From the IMG/VR virus record IMGVR_UViG_3300010885_010158: a DNA stretch of 64,000 nt. One strand, written 5' to 3'. The position numbers were made by a program, and so were the translations under genes. Origin of the DNA: an uncultured virus (IMG/VR IMGVR_UViG_3300010885_010158) (taxonomy: Duplodnaviria > Heunggongvirae > Uroviricota > Caudoviricetes). Shown piece by piece: positions 1-10,387 of this stretch (positions are counted from its first letter, which is position 1; each line of letters starts with the position of its first letter). Below the pieces are notes generated by a model that saw only the letters and a list, made by a program, of their open reading frames with translations, had not been told where the DNA came from and did no database searches.

Positions 1-1
1 T

Positions 2-1078
2 ACATTCTATACATCTACATATCCTGTAATTACTTCGGGTAAAACTACTCGCGTTATTATCACATCAACTGCTAATGGTTTGGGAAATACTTTCCATAAA
101 TTATGGGAAGGTGCAGTACAAGGCACAAATGATTTTAAATCGTTTAGAGTTGATTGGTGGGATGTTCCTGGAAGAGACGATGAATGGAAACGTCAGACTG
201 TTGCTAATACCTCTGAGCTTCAATTTGACCAAGAGTTTGGTAATAATTTCCATGGTACAGGCAACACACTAATCAATGCTAATGCTTTATTGTCTTTAAA
301 ATCTAAAGAACCTTTATATTCGATGAATAGCGTTAACGTGTATGAAGTTCCAGTGAAAAAAGACAAAGAAGATGCAGAATCTAAAGATCATAATTATATT
401 GTACTAGTAGATGTAGCAAAAGGCAGAGGACAAGATTATTCAACATTTAATATTATAGATGTAAGCACTAATCCATTCAAACAAGTTTGTACGTATAGAG
501 ATAACAATATTTCCCCACTATTGTTTCCAGATGTGATTTATAAATATGCTAACATGTATAATAAAGCATTAGTTGTTATAGAAAACAATGATGCTGGTCA
601 AGTAGTATGTAATGGTTTATTTTATGATTTAGAATATGAGAACACATATACTTCTAATGGTGTTAAAGCTGATGCCATCGGTGTTTATATGGATAAAAGA
701 ACTAAGAAAATTGGTTGTTCACATATTAAAGATTTGGTTGAGCAGAAAAAAATAGAGATTGTTGATGCAGAAACCATAGTTGAGATGTCGACTTTTGTTT
801 CAAGAGGTCAGTCATATGAAGCTATGACTGGAATGCACGATGACTTGATGATGAACTTAGTAATGTTTGGCTGGTTTGCAGCGACTCCAATGTTTGCGGA
901 GTCTATCGATAGCGGTATGAGAGAATATATCTACTCACAGCAGATGAAGCAAATAGAAGATGAAGTACTGCCATTTGGGTTTAATGATGATGGCAGAGAA
1001 GAACAAAACCCCACTCACATAGATAACGAAGGACAGGTTTGGCGAGAATTTAATTGGCCAGAAGATCCACAACCATGA
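2..1078 (+). CDS. gp17: Terminase large subunit, C-terminal part (5' truncated by window)
   Basis: Frame open from base 2 (TFYTSTYPVITSGKTTRVIITSTANG); nuclease motifs VDVAKGRGQDYS and HDDLMM; upstream of tail sheath. Confidence 0.95.
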   Translation, partial: TFYTSTYPVITSGKTTRVIITSTANGLGNTFHKLWEGAVQGTNDFKSFRVDWWDVPGRDDEWKRQTVANTSELQFDQEFGNNFHGTGNTLINANALLSLKSKEPLYSMNSVNVYEVPVKKDKEDAESKDHNYIVLVDVAKGRGQDYSTFNIIDVSTNPFKQVCTYRDNNISPLLFPDVIYKYANMYNKALVVIENNDAGQVVCNGLFYDLEYENTYTSNGVKADAIGVYMDKRTKKIGCSHIKDLVEQKKIEIVDAETIVEMSTFVSRGQSYEAMTGMHDDLMMNLVMFGWFAATPMFAESIDSGMREYIYSQQMKQIEDEVLPFGFNDDGREEQNPTHIDNEGQVWREFNWPEDPQP

Positions 1079-2094
1079 ATTTCACATTGATACTATTCGC
1101 ATCGGCATTTGCTATATCTTCTGTCGCTGCGTATTATTCTGTAGCAGGATTAGTTGCTATATTTTCTGGCGAACCGATTGCAGCTATTATAATGGGTATA
1201 GCTTTAGAAATAGCTAAACTTGTTGCTGCTTCATGGATATATCGCAACTGGCAAACCACGGCTAGACTACTTAAATATTATTTCACTATCGCAGTATTAA
1301 TACTTTCATTGATAACTTCGATGGGTATTTTTGGTTATCTGTCTAAATCACATTTAGAACATAGCGTTGTTTCTGGTGGAGTATCATCACAAGTACAGAT
1401 ATTAGACGATAAGATTTTAACTGAAAAAGAAAATATAACCGCAGCAAGGAAAGCTTTAAGACAATTAGATGAATCAGTAGACCAAACGATGGCTAGATCT
1501 ACTGATGAAAAAGGTGCAGAAAGAGCTGCAGCTTTAAGACGTTCACAACAAAAAGAACGTCGTACCATTTTAGCCTCGATTGATGATTCACAAAAGACAA
1601 TTGAAAAACTTAATGTAGAGAAGGCACCTATTGCTGGTGATCTGAGAAAGATCGAAGCAGAAGTTGGCCCGATAAAATACGTTGCTGAGTTGATCTATGA
1701 TGATTCGTCAGTTGAGGTTATTGATAAGGCAGTTAGATTAATTATTATATTAATTATCTGCGTATTTGATCCACTAGCTATTTTATTGTTGATAGCTGCA
1801 AATATGGAAATGAGGAAAGGTGCTCCTCGTGCAAGTACCACAACAGAACAGAAAGAGGAAAATATCGTGCAAAAACGACCCTCTGGAACATCGAGAACTT
1901 TACCAATAAAACCTAAAAAACCAAGTCTTCCAAAAAGGACAAAAATAAGGCCTACGGTACCAAAAAAGAAACCGAAACCAGTTCCTAAAAAACCGCCGAG
2001 TAGAAAACCAAAGAAGAGCACTGTTAGTGCTACACCTGGATTAGATGATGTTATTACGATTAAAAAAAGTACAGTATATCGTTTCGATGGTTAG
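1075..2094 (+). CDS. Membrane protein: three N-terminal TM helices, coiled coil, further TM, Lys/Pro-rich tail
   Basis: ATG 1075 overlaps gp17 stop (ATGA); hydrophobic segments and KPKK-rich C-terminus in translation. Confidence 0.8.
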   Translation: MNFTLILFASAFAISSVAAYYSVAGLVAIFSGEPIAAIIMGIALEIAKLVAASWIYRNWQTTARLLKYYFTIAVLILSLITSMGIFGYLSKSHLEHSVVSGGVSSQVQILDDKILTEKENITAARKALRQLDESVDQTMARSTDEKGAERAAALRRSQQKERRTILASIDDSQKTIEKLNVEKAPIAGDLRKIEAEVGPIKYVAELIYDDSSVEVIDKAVRLIIILIICVFDPLAILLLIAANMEMRKGAPRASTTTEQKEENIVQKRPSGTSRTLPIKPKKPSLPKRTKIRPTVPKKKPKPVPKKPPSRKPKKSTVSATPGLDDVITIKKSTVYRFDG

Positions 2095-2106
2095 AAATCC
2101 AGAAGT

Positions 2107-2114
2107 TATAAATA
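2107..2114 (+). promoter_or_regulatory. T4-type late promoter TATAAATA
   Basis: Exact gp55 consensus upstream of gp18. Confidence 0.85.
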
Positions 2115-2196
2115 TATGGTAGAAGTGATAATTCTTATTATGGCACATATTATGCTCTCAACAATCCATATTAACTTAAAATCGAGGTAGAGAAAA

Positions 2197-3888
2197 ATGG
2201 CTTTTCAAGTTTCTCCTGGCGTACAAGTACGCGAAATCGATCTTACTAATGTTGTACCTGCAGTCTCTACTTCAATTGGAGCTACTGTAATTACAGCCTT
2301 AAAAGGTCCGATAGAGGAGATTATAACCATTACTTCAGAGAAAGATTTAGCAGATACGTTCGGTGTGCCAACAGATGACACAGCTCCGTATTTCTTTAAT
2401 GCTGCAGCTTTTCTAAAGTACGGTAATAATCTTAAGGTGGTCCGTGTCGCTGGTACTGGTGCATTAAATGCAACAGCTGGTACATCAAGTGCAGGCACTG
2501 GACTTTTAATCAAAAATAAAGATCACTACGAAACCAATTACGAAAACGGCTCAGCGTCTCAAGGTTGTTTTGCTGCCCGTGATGCTGGTGATCTAGGTAA
2601 TTCAATCTCAGTTCAATTTGTAACTAATTCTGCAGGATATGCGGCATGGACAGACTGGAAAGATCAATTCGATAGTGCTCCAGGTACATCTGATTATGCA
2701 ACATCTAAAGGTGGTAGTGCAGACGAAATGCATATCATTGTATACGATAGAACAGGTTATATTAGCGGCGTTGCTGGTACAATACTAGAAAAATTCGAAT
2801 ATGTATCACAAGCTCGTGATGCTAAAAAATTCGACGGCACATCAAATTATTATAAAGAAGTTATCAACGCGACATCAAAATACATTTGGTGGTTAGATCA
2901 TTTATCTACATTAACAAGTGCTGGATCATTAGCTTCAGAAAACTTTGTAACTATCGGCACAGTATACAGTAAAAATCTCGCTGGTGGTGAAGACGGTTCT
3001 GCAGTTGATGAAGGCGATATCGATACGGGTTTCCAAGTATTCAATGATGCAGAAACTGTTGACGTCAATTTATTGATTGGTGCACCAACTCTTGCTTCCA
3101 CAGCAGGCGAAACTCAAGCAGCTAACTTAATTGCAATTGCAGAAAATCGTAAAGATTTAATCGCATTTGTCTCTCCTCCAATCAGCGCAACGGCAGCATC
3201 AACATCGCAAAAAGCAGATGTTATTGACTTCGTTGACACACTAACATCAACGTCCTATGCAGTTGTAGATTCTTCAGCTTTGAAAATTTACGATAAGTAT
3301 AACGACGTATATCGCTGGATTCCAGCTGCTGGTCATATGGCCGGTCTTTGTGCTAATACAGACGAAGTTGCAGATGCTTGGTTCTCACCAGGTGGCTTCA
3401 CTCGTGGTCAATTATTAGGCGTAACAAAGATTGCTTTTAATCCTAAGAAAGCTGAACGCGATGATTTATACAAAAGACGTGTAAATCCAATCGTTTCTTT
3501 CCCAGGTGAAGGCACAGTATTATTTGGCGATAAGACTCTTCTAAGTAAACCTTCTGCATTCGATCGTATTAATGTACGTCGTTTGTTTATCATCTTAGAA
3601 AAAGCTATCTCAACAGCTGCTAAATATCAGTTGTTCGAGCTTAATGACGAATTCACTCGTGCTATGTTCCGTAACATGACAGAACCTTTCCTTAGGGAAA
3701 TTCAAGGTCGTCGTGGTATTACAGACTTTAAAGTAGTTTGTGACGAGACAAACAACACTGGTCAGATCATCGACAGCAATCAGTTTGTTGCAGATATCTA
3801 CATCAAGCCAGCACGTTCTATTAACTTTATTACTCTGAACTTCATCGCTACTCGTACCGGCGTTGACTTTGCAGAAATCGGAGGTTAA
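2197..3888 (+). CDS. gp18: Tail sheath protein
   Basis: MAFQVSPGVQVREIDLT start; FDRINVRRLF and IYIKPARSINFITLNF motifs. Confidence 0.97.
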   Translation: MAFQVSPGVQVREIDLTNVVPAVSTSIGATVITALKGPIEEIITITSEKDLADTFGVPTDDTAPYFFNAAAFLKYGNNLKVVRVAGTGALNATAGTSSAGTGLLIKNKDHYETNYENGSASQGCFAARDAGDLGNSISVQFVTNSAGYAAWTDWKDQFDSAPGTSDYATSKGGSADEMHIIVYDRTGYISGVAGTILEKFEYVSQARDAKKFDGTSNYYKEVINATSKYIWWLDHLSTLTSAGSLASENFVTIGTVYSKNLAGGEDGSAVDEGDIDTGFQVFNDAETVDVNLLIGAPTLASTAGETQAANLIAIAENRKDLIAFVSPPISATAASTSQKADVIDFVDTLTSTSYAVVDSSALKIYDKYNDVYRWIPAAGHMAGLCANTDEVADAWFSPGGFTRGQLLGVTKIAFNPKKAERDDLYKRRVNPIVSFPGEGTVLFGDKTLLSKPSAFDRINVRRLFIILEKAISTAAKYQLFELNDEFTRAMFRNMTEPFLREIQGRRGITDFKVVCDETNNTGQIIDSNQFVADIYIKPARSINFITLNFIATRTGVDFAEIGG

Positions 3889-3890
3889 TC

Positions 3891-4418
3891 ATGGCTATTT
3901 TAGGCGTAGATGATTTTAAATCAAAACTAGTTGGTGGCGGTGCACGTCCCAATCTGTTCAAAGCAACTGTTAACTTTCCAGCTTATGCTGGAGGTGAAGT
4001 TGAATTGACAAGCTTTATGATTAAGGCTGCTCAATTACCAGCATCAGTTGTTGGCACAGTATTGGTTCCTTTCCGCGGTCGTCAACTAAAAATTGCCGGA
4101 GATCGTACATTTGATCCATGGACAATTACAGTAATTAATGATACCGACTTTAAAGTGCGTAATGCATTTGAACGTTGGATGAACGGCATTAATCAACATC
4201 GTAACAATACAGGTTTAACAAATCCTATTGATTACCAAGCTGATTTGCAAGTTGCTCAATTAGATAAAGCAGGAAATGAAGTGAAAGTGTATAACTTCCG
4301 CTCTACATTCCCTACAGCTGTATCTGCAATTGAATTATCATATGATTCAGTAGACATGATTGAAGAATTCCAAGTAGAACTTCAAGTTCAATATTGGGAA
4401 TCTGATACAACGTCTTAA
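3891..4418 (+). CDS. gp19: Tail tube protein
   Basis: GGARPNLF, FRGRQLKIAGDRTFDPWTITVIND motifs; follows gp18. Confidence 0.96.
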   Translation: MAILGVDDFKSKLVGGGARPNLFKATVNFPAYAGGEVELTSFMIKAAQLPASVVGTVLVPFRGRQLKIAGDRTFDPWTITVINDTDFKVRNAFERWMNGINQHRNNTGLTNPIDYQADLQVAQLDKAGNEVKVYNFRSTFPTAVSAIELSYDSVDMIEEFQVELQVQYWESDTTS

Positions 4419-4438
4419 TTAAACGTTGGTAAATAGAA

Positions 4439-4466
4439 GGAGAGGGGAAACTCTCTCCCTCACTTT
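4439..4466 (+). terminator. GAAA-tetraloop hairpin between gp19 and gp20
   Basis: GGAGAGGG-GAAA-CTCTCTCC with weak T tail; could instead be a 5' hairpin after the GTAAATA late-promoter variant. Confidence 0.5.
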
Positions 4467-4487
4467 GTTATTATAAAGGCATAAAAA

Positions 4488-6086
4488 ATGGAATTATTCG
4501 GCTTCGAAATATCACGTAAAAAGCAAGAAGAAGAACAAGCGAAGAAACAATCGTTTGTTGCACCTGACATGGACGATGGCGCTACCGTTGTTTCTGAGGG
4601 TGGATATTATGGTCAATACGTAGATATCGAGGGCACTAAGGCTAAAGATGATTCGGACTTAATTAAAAAGTACCGCGAGATCTCTCTTTATCCTGAGTGT
4701 GATGCTGCCATCACTGATATCGTTAATGAAGCTATTGTAGCTGATGACGATATTCAACCTGTTGATATTATTACTGATGATATTAAATATCCAGATACAA
4801 TTAAAAAATTAATTAAACAAGAATTTGATACTGTAATTAAATTATTAAAGTTTAATTTTCAAGCACATGACATATTCCGTAAATGGTATGTTGATGGTAG
4901 AATATACTATCATATGATTATTGACGAGAAAAATCCTAAAGCTGGTATTTTAGAATTGCGTCCAATCGATTCTATTAAAATTCGTAAAGTTCGTTCAGTT
5001 ATTGAAGAAAAAGATAAAGCTACTGGTGCGAAGATGGTAAAAGGTTTTAATGAATTTTACATTTATAATGATTCATTGATGGGCAATTATGCAAATCCGG
5101 GTGGATTCGGTGGACCTCGAACACAAGGTCTTAAGATTTCTAAAGACTCGATTGTTCATGTTCCATCAGGTTTAATCGATAGCACTTCTAAAAAAATGCT
5201 TTCATATCTTTATAAAGCATTAAAACCAGTAAATCAATTACGTATGATGGAAGATTCATTAGTAATCTATCGTATGGCTCGTGCACCAGAACGTCGTATA
5301 TTTTATATCGATGTAGGTAATTTGCCTAAAGGTAAAGCTGAAGCATATCTTCGCGATATTATGGCAAGATATAAAAACAAAATTGTTTATGATGCTACTA
5401 CTGGTGAGATTAGAGATGATCGTAAACACATGGCTATGTTGGAAGATTTTTGGTTACCACGTCGTGAAGGCGGTAAAGGTACTGAGATCTCTACATTACC
5501 AGGTGGTGAAAACCTTGGTCAAATCGAAGATATCATTTACTTCCAAAAGAAATTATATCGTTCTTTAAATGTACCAATGTCTCGCATGGAGACAGACACT
5601 GGTTTCTCACTTGGTCGTTCTAACGAGATATCAAGAGATGAACTGAAATTTAATAAGTTTGTAAGCAGACTGCGTAAGAAATTTGCAGATGTATTTTTAC
5701 AAGTCTTAAGGTCACAATTGATCTTAAAAGGTGTTATCTCAAGAGAAGATTGGGACGGCATCAAAGAAGATTTAATAATCGACTTTAAGAAAGATAACTA
5801 TTTTGCAGAACTCAAAGCTAGTGAGATCTTAAGAGAGCGTATGCAAACATTAACATTGGTTGATCCTTTTGCTGGAAAATACTATTCACAGATGTGGATT
5901 CGTAAACATATCCTTCAACAATCTGATCAAGATATTGAAGAAATGGATATGCAAATGGAACAAGAACCTCCATCGCAGCAAGAACTAATGATGATGCAAC
6001 AACAGCAAGCTGAAGCGCCTGCTGAACCAACCCCTGATCAACCTGCTAATCCTTTATTAGCTTCTGATCAGAATTCGAACGCGTGA
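4488..6086 (+). CDS. gp20: Portal protein
   Basis: RAPERRIFYIDVGNLPKGKAE and EDFWLPRREGGKGTEI motifs. Confidence 0.97.
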   Translation: MELFGFEISRKKQEEEQAKKQSFVAPDMDDGATVVSEGGYYGQYVDIEGTKAKDDSDLIKKYREISLYPECDAAITDIVNEAIVADDDIQPVDIITDDIKYPDTIKKLIKQEFDTVIKLLKFNFQAHDIFRKWYVDGRIYYHMIIDEKNPKAGILELRPIDSIKIRKVRSVIEEKDKATGAKMVKGFNEFYIYNDSLMGNYANPGGFGGPRTQGLKISKDSIVHVPSGLIDSTSKKMLSYLYKALKPVNQLRMMEDSLVIYRMARAPERRIFYIDVGNLPKGKAEAYLRDIMARYKNKIVYDATTGEIRDDRKHMAMLEDFWLPRREGGKGTEISTLPGGENLGQIEDIIYFQKKLYRSLNVPMSRMETDTGFSLGRSNEISRDELKFNKFVSRLRKKFADVFLQVLRSQLILKGVISREDWDGIKEDLIIDFKKDNYFAELKASEILRERMQTLTLVDPFAGKYYSQMWIRKHILQQSDQDIEEMDMQMEQEPPSQQELMMMQQQQAEAPAEPTPDQPANPLLASDQNSNA

Positions 6087-6099
6087 AAGCGCAATATTT

Positions 6100-6107
6100 T
6101 ATAAATA
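6100..6107 (+). promoter_or_regulatory. Late promoter TATAAATA
   Basis: Exact consensus before prohead genes. Confidence 0.8.
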
Positions 6108-6122
6108 TATTGAAAGAAGGCA

Positions 6123-6380
6123 ATGATGAGTGAATTAGCAACTGATTTGTTAGACGCTATCGCATCTAGTAACCAAGAAGAAATGCGTGCTAGATTTGAT
6201 AATGTAATGAATAATAAAATTAATGATGCCCTTCAAGCTAGGAAGATAGAGCTTGCCCAAAGCATTTATGGCGAGGTGCAAGCAAGTGCTGAACAAGAAG
6301 AAGCTCTTCCAATTGATGATGCTGAAGTTGAAAAACAAACCGAAACGGTAGCATCTGAAGATGGAACTAAAGAAGCTTAA
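6123..6380 (+). CDS. Small acidic prohead core protein (gp67 position)
   Basis: Position after portal; acidic helical 85 aa. Confidence 0.6.
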   Translation: MMSELATDLLDAIASSNQEEMRARFDNVMNNKINDALQARKIELAQSIYGEVQASAEQEEALPIDDAEVEKQTETVASEDGTKEA

Positions 6381-6561
6381 AGACATTCGTGAAAGCGGAA
6401 AGATTTTATTAAGTCTTCCCGCTGGCACAGATAAAGTCGAGGTCAAAGAGACTCTCGGCGTATATTACATTTATATAAACGACTTAAAAGTGGAAACTTT
6501 TAGGACTAAAGAAACAGCTTTAGAAGTTGCTAACGAAGCAGCTCAAGCTTTAGGAACATAA
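6361..6561 (+). CDS. Small hypothetical protein of head gene block
   Basis: 66 aa ORF tightly packed before gp21. Confidence 0.65.
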   Translation: MELKKLKDIRESGKILLSLPAGTDKVEVKETLGVYYIYINDLKVETFRTKETALEVANEAAQALGT

Positions 6562-6563
6562 GA

Positions 6564-7211
6564 ATGAAATTAATTACAGAACAAATTGATTCAGACATTC
6601 AGGTTATAACTGAAGCTAAACAAAACGGATCTAAAGACTTCTTCATTGAAGGTATCTTTATGATGGCTGATTCGAAAAATCGTAATGGTCGTGTGTATGA
6701 ATCCAAGATTTTAAAACCTGCTGTTGAAAAATATATTCAAGAGCAAGTTAAACAAGGTAGAGCTGTTGGAGAACTTAACCATCCAGATGGTCCAACAATT
6801 AACCTTGATAAAGTTTCTCACCTAATTACAGACCTTCGCTTTGAAGGTAATAATGTAATAGGTAAGGCAAAAATCCTAAACACACCTATGGGTCAAATCG
6901 TAAAAGGTTTGCTCGAAGGCGGTGTAAAATTAGGAGTATCATCTCGTGGTATGGGTAGTCTTGAGGAAAGAAACGGTCAAAACTATGTGAAAGATGATTT
7001 TCACTTAGCTACCGTTGATATCGTTCAAGATCCATCTGCGCCCGCTGCTTTCGTTAACGGAATCATGGAAGGCGTAGAATGGATTGTTGAAAACGGTATT
7101 TTCAAACCTCAAGAAATTGAAAAGATTGAGACTGAAATTAAGAGAACACCAAAGGCTCAGCTTGCTGAAGCTCAAGTACGTGTTTTTCAATATTTCCTCT
7201 CTAAACTTTAA
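6564..7211 (+). CDS. gp21: Prohead protease
   Basis: NRNGRVY, GELNHP, GVSSRGMGS, DIVQDPSAP motifs. Confidence 0.97.
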   Translation: MKLITEQIDSDIQVITEAKQNGSKDFFIEGIFMMADSKNRNGRVYESKILKPAVEKYIQEQVKQGRAVGELNHPDGPTINLDKVSHLITDLRFEGNNVIGKAKILNTPMGQIVKGLLEGGVKLGVSSRGMGSLEERNGQNYVKDDFHLATVDIVQDPSAPAAFVNGIMEGVEWIVENGIFKPQEIEKIETEIKRTPKAQLAEAQVRVFQYFLSKL

Positions 7212-7229
7212 CACTAAGGAGTGATTTGA

Positions 7230-8303
7230 ATGTCACAACAAGATCTTAATAAAGGTCAATTAGACGACGTAAAGCTTAGTGATGAACAACTCGTTGAAGT
7301 TTCTGAGGAACTAGCTGAAGATGCAGCAGCAACTGTAGCCGCAAAGGGAGACGCTAAGTCTGCCAAATACGGTCAAGATGCTGATTTCCAAGACGACAAG
7401 GCTAAAACCCTTGCTGATCTAGGAGCTACTAAGACAGCTGAAGCCCCTAAAACTAAATCGGGTATCATCGCTGCAACAGTTGAAAAATTGTCTAGCTTGA
7501 AAAAAGAAGATCTTCAAGTTATCTACGGTAAACTTTTCTCTGAAGAGTCTACTAACGAAGTTAAAGAAGCGGTAGTTGAAATCGATGTAACAGAAGACCT
7601 AAAAGCTCTTACTGAAGCTGATGTCAACTTATCTGAAGAATTCAAAGAGAAATCTGCGGTTCTTTTCCAAACTGCTTTAACATCTCGTGTAACTGTAGAA
7701 AAAAATAAACTTGAAGAGCAGTATCAATCTAACTTAGACGAAGCTGTAGAAGGCATTCGTTCAGAACTCGTTGAGAAAATCGATGGTTACCTGAACTATG
7801 TCGTAGAACAGTGGATGGAAGAAAATGAACTTGCTGTTGAAACCGGCCTCCGTGCTGAGATCGCAGAAAGTTTTATCGACTCTCTAAAAACTGTATTCGT
7901 TGAACACTACATTGATGTTCCAGAAGGTAAAGTCGATCTAGTCGACGGTTTAGCAGAACAAGTTGAAGAACTTGAAGGTCAATTACAAGCTCACACTGAA
8001 AAAGCTGTTGCGCTTGCACAAAAAGTTGAAGAACTTTCCCGTGAAAAAATTGTCCGTGAAGCTACTGAAGGTATGATCGCGACAGAAGCTGAAAAGCTTA
8101 AGTCACTCATTGAAAGTATTGACTTTGATGACGCTGAATCTTTCACTAAGAAAGTTATCATCGTTAAAGAAGCACACTTCAAGGGTACATCACCTACTAT
8201 AACAATCAGTGAAGAAACAGACGAACAACCTGCAGAACAAACTACTGCTTCTCCACGTATGGCAGCTTATATGAGCGCTATATCCCGTACCACTAAAAAA
8301 TAA
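7230..8303 (+). CDS. gp22: Prohead scaffolding/core protein
   Basis: Acidic coiled coil, YLNYVVEQWMEEN motif, between gp21 and gp23. Confidence 0.93.
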   Translation: MSQQDLNKGQLDDVKLSDEQLVEVSEELAEDAAATVAAKGDAKSAKYGQDADFQDDKAKTLADLGATKTAEAPKTKSGIIAATVEKLSSLKKEDLQVIYGKLFSEESTNEVKEAVVEIDVTEDLKALTEADVNLSEEFKEKSAVLFQTALTSRVTVEKNKLEEQYQSNLDEAVEGIRSELVEKIDGYLNYVVEQWMEENELAVETGLRAEIAESFIDSLKTVFVEHYIDVPEGKVDLVDGLAEQVEELEGQLQAHTEKAVALAQKVEELSREKIVREATEGMIATEAEKLKSLIESIDFDDAESFTKKVIIVKEAHFKGTSPTITISEETDEQPAEQTTASPRMAAYMSAISRTTKK

Positions 8304-8317
8304 AGAGGAAACATAAA

Positions 8318-9706
8318 ATGTTTTTAGCTGAACAAGCACAACAAAAATGGGCTGAAGTCCTAGATCACGCAGATCTTCCAGCGATTAAAGACCCATACAA
8401 ACGCGCAGTTACTGCCGTTATTTTAGAAAACCAAGAGAAGGCACTTGCTGAAGAGCGTGCACAATCTTCTTACGGTTCATTAAACGAAGCTGCTCCAACA
8501 AACGCAACTGGTGCAAGCATTTCAAACTTTGATCCAATCTTAATCAGTTTGGTTCGTCGTTCAATGCCTAACCTTATCGCTTATGATATTGCTGGCGTTC
8601 AACCAATGTCCGGTCCTACTGGCTTAATCTTCGCGATGAAGTCACGTTATACATCACAAAGCGGTACAGAAGCACTTTACAACGAAGCTGATACAGATTT
8701 CTCATCATCATCATTCTCAGGTAGCTCAGCTACTAACAAGAATGGTACACACGGTGGTACATCTGATGGTCTTCCAGGTACAGACACAACAGTTAACGCT
8801 GGTGGTGCTGGTACATCTGGTACTGCTGCTGCTGATACAATCGCTGATAGCTTCGGCGTTGGTGGTGGTATGACTACAGCTGAGTCAGAAGCTTTAGGTG
8901 ATTCTTCAACTAATTCTTTCGCTCAAATGGCATTCAGTATTGAAAAAGCAACAGTGACTGCAAAGACACGTGCTTTAAAAGCTGAATACACAATGGAATT
9001 AGCACAAGACTTAAAAGCAGTTCATGGTCTTGACGCTGAAACAGAATTAGCGAACATCCTTTCAGCTGAAATTTTAGCTGAAATCAATCGCGAAGTTATT
9101 CGTACAATCAACGTTAAAGCAAAATTAGGTGCTCAAACAGCTAATTGCACAAGCGCTGGTACATTTAACTTAGTAACTGATGCTGATGGTCGTTGGTCAG
9201 TTGAAAAATTCAAAGGTCTTTTAGTTCAAATCGATCGCGAAGCTAATCAGATTGCCAAAGATACTCGTAGAGGTAAAGGCAATTTCATCGTTTGTTCATC
9301 AGACGTTGCAACAGCTTTAGCAGCTTCTGGCATGTTGGTATACAATCCAGCTATGTCAGTTGATTTAGCAGTTGACGATACTGGCAATACATTTGCTGGT
9401 GTATTAAATGGCAAAATCAAAGTGTACATCGATCCATATGCTACACAAGACTACGTAACTGTTGGTTACCGTGGTACAAACCCATATGACGCTGGTTTAT
9501 TCTACGCTCCATATGTACCACTCACAATGGTTCGTGCTGTTGATCAAGGTTCTTTCCAACCTAAGATCGGTTTCAAAACACGTTACGGTATGATCGCTAA
9601 CCCATTCTCTAATCCTGGTTCAGCACCAGTTAATGATACTGGTTTAAATCGTACTAACTGTTATTTCCGTATTTTCAAAGTAACAGGTCTTTTAGACAAC
9701 GCTTAA
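8318..9706 (+). CDS. gp23: Major capsid protein
   Basis: GVQPMSGPTGLIFAM, TRALKAEYTMELAQDLKAVHGLDAE, FQPKIGFKTRYG motifs. Confidence 0.98.
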   Translation: MFLAEQAQQKWAEVLDHADLPAIKDPYKRAVTAVILENQEKALAEERAQSSYGSLNEAAPTNATGASISNFDPILISLVRRSMPNLIAYDIAGVQPMSGPTGLIFAMKSRYTSQSGTEALYNEADTDFSSSSFSGSSATNKNGTHGGTSDGLPGTDTTVNAGGAGTSGTAAADTIADSFGVGGGMTTAESEALGDSSTNSFAQMAFSIEKATVTAKTRALKAEYTMELAQDLKAVHGLDAETELANILSAEILAEINREVIRTINVKAKLGAQTANCTSAGTFNLVTDADGRWSVEKFKGLLVQIDREANQIAKDTRRGKGNFIVCSSDVATALAASGMLVYNPAMSVDLAVDDTGNTFAGVLNGKIKVYIDPYATQDYVTVGYRGTNPYDAGLFYAPYVPLTMVRAVDQGSFQPKIGFKTRYGMIANPFSNPGSAPVNDTGLNRTNCYFRIFKVTGLLDNA

Positions 9707-9745
9707 ATCTATACAAGCTTAGAATTACAATAAGTATAGAACTCT

Positions 9746-9774
9746 AAGAGGGAACTTCGGTTCCCTCTTTTTTT
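9746..9774 (+). terminator. Rho-independent terminator after gp23
   Basis: AAGAGGGAAC-TTCG-GTTCCCTCTT plus T run. Confidence 0.92.
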
Positions 9775-9786
9775 GTCTGGGATTGA

Positions 9787-9794
9787 TATAAATA
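9787..9794 (+). promoter_or_regulatory. Late promoter TATAAATA
   Basis: Exact consensus before gp3. Confidence 0.8.
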
Positions 9795-9820
9795 GATAAT
9801 ATTGTGGAGATATATTAAAA

Positions 9821-10324
9821 ATGGCAAATAAAAATTACGATATAGGCGTTGAACCGGGGTTAGTAACAGCAAATAAAAATCCATTAGTTGCATCAGATGG
9901 ATTTAGATTCGTATTTGCTCGAGCGCCAAACGTTCAATACTTTGCACAGAGTATTAGTATCCCTTCTGTAACTGTTTCAGAAGTTGCAATTCCTCGTGGA
10001 CAACAAACTGCATTTGTACCAGGAGATCATATTCAATATGATCCTTTAACTATTACGATGTTGGTTTCTGAAGATATGAATAACTTCCAAGAAATCTATG
10101 ATTGGTTAAATCGCAGTATTAATATGGCTAAGTATGAAGATAAATTTGATGATTTGACAATTTATGTTTTAACAAGCAAAAATAATCCTAACAAGAAAAT
10201 ATTTTTCCGTAATGTATTTCCAACCAGTATAGGGAATATTTCGTTTTCAGTACAAGAAGCAGATGTTGTTTATGGTACTGTAGATGTCACTTTCCGCTAC
10301 GACTATTTCACGTTCGAAAATTAA
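9821..10324 (+). CDS. gp3: Tail tube terminator/tail completion protein
   Basis: gp19-like fold motifs (YFAQSISIPS, YDPLTITMLVSEDMNNFQEIYDW); conserved position after gp23. Confidence 0.8.
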   Translation: MANKNYDIGVEPGLVTANKNPLVASDGFRFVFARAPNVQYFAQSISIPSVTVSEVAIPRGQQTAFVPGDHIQYDPLTITMLVSEDMNNFQEIYDWLNRSINMAKYEDKFDDLTIYVLTSKNNPNKKIFFRNVFPTSIGNISFSVQEADVVYGTVDVTFRYDYFTFEN

Positions 10325-10327
10325 CTG

Positions 10328-10356
10328 TTTACTTTTCCTTAAATATGTGGTATAAT
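10328..10356 (+). promoter_or_regulatory. Early/sigma70-type phage promoter
   Basis: TTTACT-N17-TATAAT with TGG extension; member of repeated family. Confidence 0.8.
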
Positions 10357-10387
10357 AGGGTATAAAACATAACCCTAAGGTTTTAAC

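Noticed and set aside
2115..2196. Possible structured gp18 leader (ATATGG/CCATAT)
   Set aside because: Only a short AT-rich pairing; not distinguishable from chance
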